Origin: Selaginella moellendorffii
Lineage: Eukaryota; Plantae; Lycopodiophyta
DNA: 64,000 nt
Assembly (NCBI RefSeq): GCF_000143415.4
Contig: NW_003314279.1
Coordinates: 186,001 to 250,000, forward strand
Direction: 5' to 3'
Below, piece by piece: positions 62,046-64,000 of the stretch (positions are counted from its first letter, which is position 1; every line of letters starts with the position of its first letter). The position numbers and the translations under genes were made by a program. The notes under the pieces are model-generated. The model was not told the origin of the DNA. It did no database searches and saw only the letters and a list, made by a program, of their open reading frames with translations.

Positions 62046-63819
62046 TCACAAAATCTTGGACCTCTTAAATTCTGAGATATCCTGATTCACTTTCACTCGC
62101 TCAATCGGTTGGAGGCTATAATATAGCTGCCCGGTTCTTCTCTCCCACTGAAATAAAAGGGAAAACAAAAGCGTTGCTTTTGATGAATACTCTGGAGAGA
62201 ACTTAGGCTAACTTTAAGTACCTCTCTTATGTCTCGAGTTGAATGGAGCCTTGGTTCATACTTGGGCTTGAGAAGGAACTTGCTGTTGTGCTGAAATTAT
62301 AATAGAAAAGGCTGTGAGGCGCAAGAAACTAAAAGAAGGTAAATTCTCTACCTTTGCAATTAGAGCGGCTAGCTCGTCACCTGCAACTCCATAAGCTCTT
62401 GCCTTCGCTGGTGGTCCTTTAGTGTCGGGAGATACTCTAGCCATTTTAGTGCTTTTCCTCTCGGTCGAAGCTCGCAAAGACTTTGGAGTCTGCATTGTGA
62501 TCGAGCAGTTTGCAAGCTAAAAAGAGAAGGCATACCTTTAGGCGTGGAGATTTGCATGAAAGCCTCCGCCTTTGCACCATCACTCCATCGCTGCGTCCGA
62601 TGCTAAAAGTTCCATTGGAGTTCTTGCCAAACTCAAATGTTGCCAGGCTCTTCCTCACGTTCATAAGCTTCGGCTTTTTCAGCTGGCCAAGTGCTGATTT
62701 TCCCCGTGTCGGTGTGCTAGAGTTCTCTTTGTTCCTGAGCGGGCTTCCAGTCGCATTCCTGCTTGGCTTGGTGCTACCTTCGTGATTGCTTGTCCCGGAA
62801 AGAGTCACACAAGCAATACTTGCTCTGACTCGCTGCGTTCGGACGTGTATATCGCAAGGAGCATCTGTGTCATCGCCTCTCTTCATTTGCTTCGAGCTCG
62901 AAAGAGAATCGTCCAGTGGGTTGCTGTCCGAAGCAGTTTGGACCTCTTCGTTGGTTCGTAGCCTGGCCATCAAAGTTGCCAGCAACTTTGCCGAGAAACT
63001 CTCGCTCGGACTAGAACCAATACTGTTCTCACTCCTTTCCTGCTTACCATCCTTGCCATCTTCTTTTCTGAAACGTAAAAACCATCACAAGAGAGCCACT
63101 ACGAAGTCAGAGATCAAACCTTATCTCGCAAGCCGGCCGCAGTTGAATTCGCTTTGGTTTGCTAGGCAATAGTCGACCATTCTCATGGTTCTTGAGCTCA
63201 CTCCTTTCCTGAGAAGACTCCAGAGATAGACTTTGCTCCGAGGAGCTTGTCACCTCTTTAGACGTGAAGTTAAGCTCTTCGTTGGCCACCTCCTGCTTAA
63301 AGTCCGAGCAAGGAGCAAACACAAGTTCTTCCAGAGGTGTCTCATGATGCCTGGATGAGATGCAAAACAGCAAAGAATTTTCGCAGTGAGAAAACAAAGA
63401 AGTAAACAAACTTACGGATGATGTTGGTAAAACCATGGATCATCCCTGCAACGCTATCAAAACGTAAGCTTCCAATCACACTAGAGAACCAATCAAACTA
63501 GAGAAGAATTCTCACCCCTCCGTGCCTTCTAGCGACGCTTCCACGGACAAATCTACCCATTGCGGAGCCTCAATGTGCTCCTGCAAGCGCAATTCAGAGC
63601 ATCAGTCCCATACATTCTCGTTCTGCAAGAACAAGAAGGCCATGGAAATTTCTCGCGCTTGAGGCCAATCGAGGAGAAACAGCGTACCAGATAGTCCCAG
63701 TACTCAATCGCAAGAGGATTTTGCGCCGCAGCGATTGACAATTGGAACGCTTTCACTGCCAGTGACGACGAGCCCGTGGAGAGCCCGCATTCGCGCATTT
63801 GCACGCCCTTGAGCGCCAT
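62046..63819 (-). CDS. Uncharacterised multi-exon protein with an N-terminal TPX2-like (Aurora-binding-like) motif and basic Ser-rich middle
   Basis: Spliced YWDYL|EHIEAPQWVDLSVEASLEGTEG|DDPWFYQHH; C-terminal KYEPRLHSTRDIRE|WERRTGQLYYSLQPIERVKVNQDI; GT-AG junctions. Confidence 0.65.
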
Positions 63820-64000
63820 CCCAGCTCCCAACCAAAAGCCCTAAACATCAAAGCTTTAGCCTTTAGCTAACATACTAAAATTTCTTTTAGGGCTAGGGCT
63901 AGAGTTGTTTGATAGCGATATGGCGATGGCAGGCAATCCCTAGGCCCTGGCAGTGATCTAGAATCGCGAGCATTGGAGCTGGCTTCCATCGAATCCAGCT

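Noticed and set aside
63920-64000. Possible start of a plus-strand gene after telo-box-like motifs
   Set aside because: Too little sequence; early in-frame stop unless spliced

Overview
Eukaryotic, land-plant genomic DNA. Introns are very short (about 45-80 bp), intergenic gaps are tiny, PPR genes are abundant and a cilia gene is present. This fits a flagellate-sperm plant such as the lycophyte Selaginella (inference). Bases 1-43 kb are gene-dense: ADPRM-type phosphoesterase, polyol transporter, three tRNAs, a PLS-E PPR with an OSB-type PDF motif, PSAT1, a P-class PPR, a SET-less SRA protein, WDR6, proteasome alpha-7 (PAG1), two MTP8-type Mn-CDF transporters, a TBC RabGAP, VPS54, two germins and CYP71-clan P450 copies. 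Two small multi-exon genes are not assembled by the ORF track. One is a 7-exon secreted cysteine-rich protein with the Mid1/NLF-1/FAM155 signature (27428-28521, -), a Ca2+/Na+ channel auxiliary subunit family not expected in land plants. The other is an 8-exon IFT43 (34617-35473, +). Bases 44-55 kb are an AT-rich block of decayed LTR elements, a microsatellite and two gaps. Bases 55.5-59.8 kb duplicate the IFT43/P450 region and carry a 275-bp TRIM whose LTRs contain a tRNA-derived Pol III cassette. All exon models were read by eye and no database searches were run.
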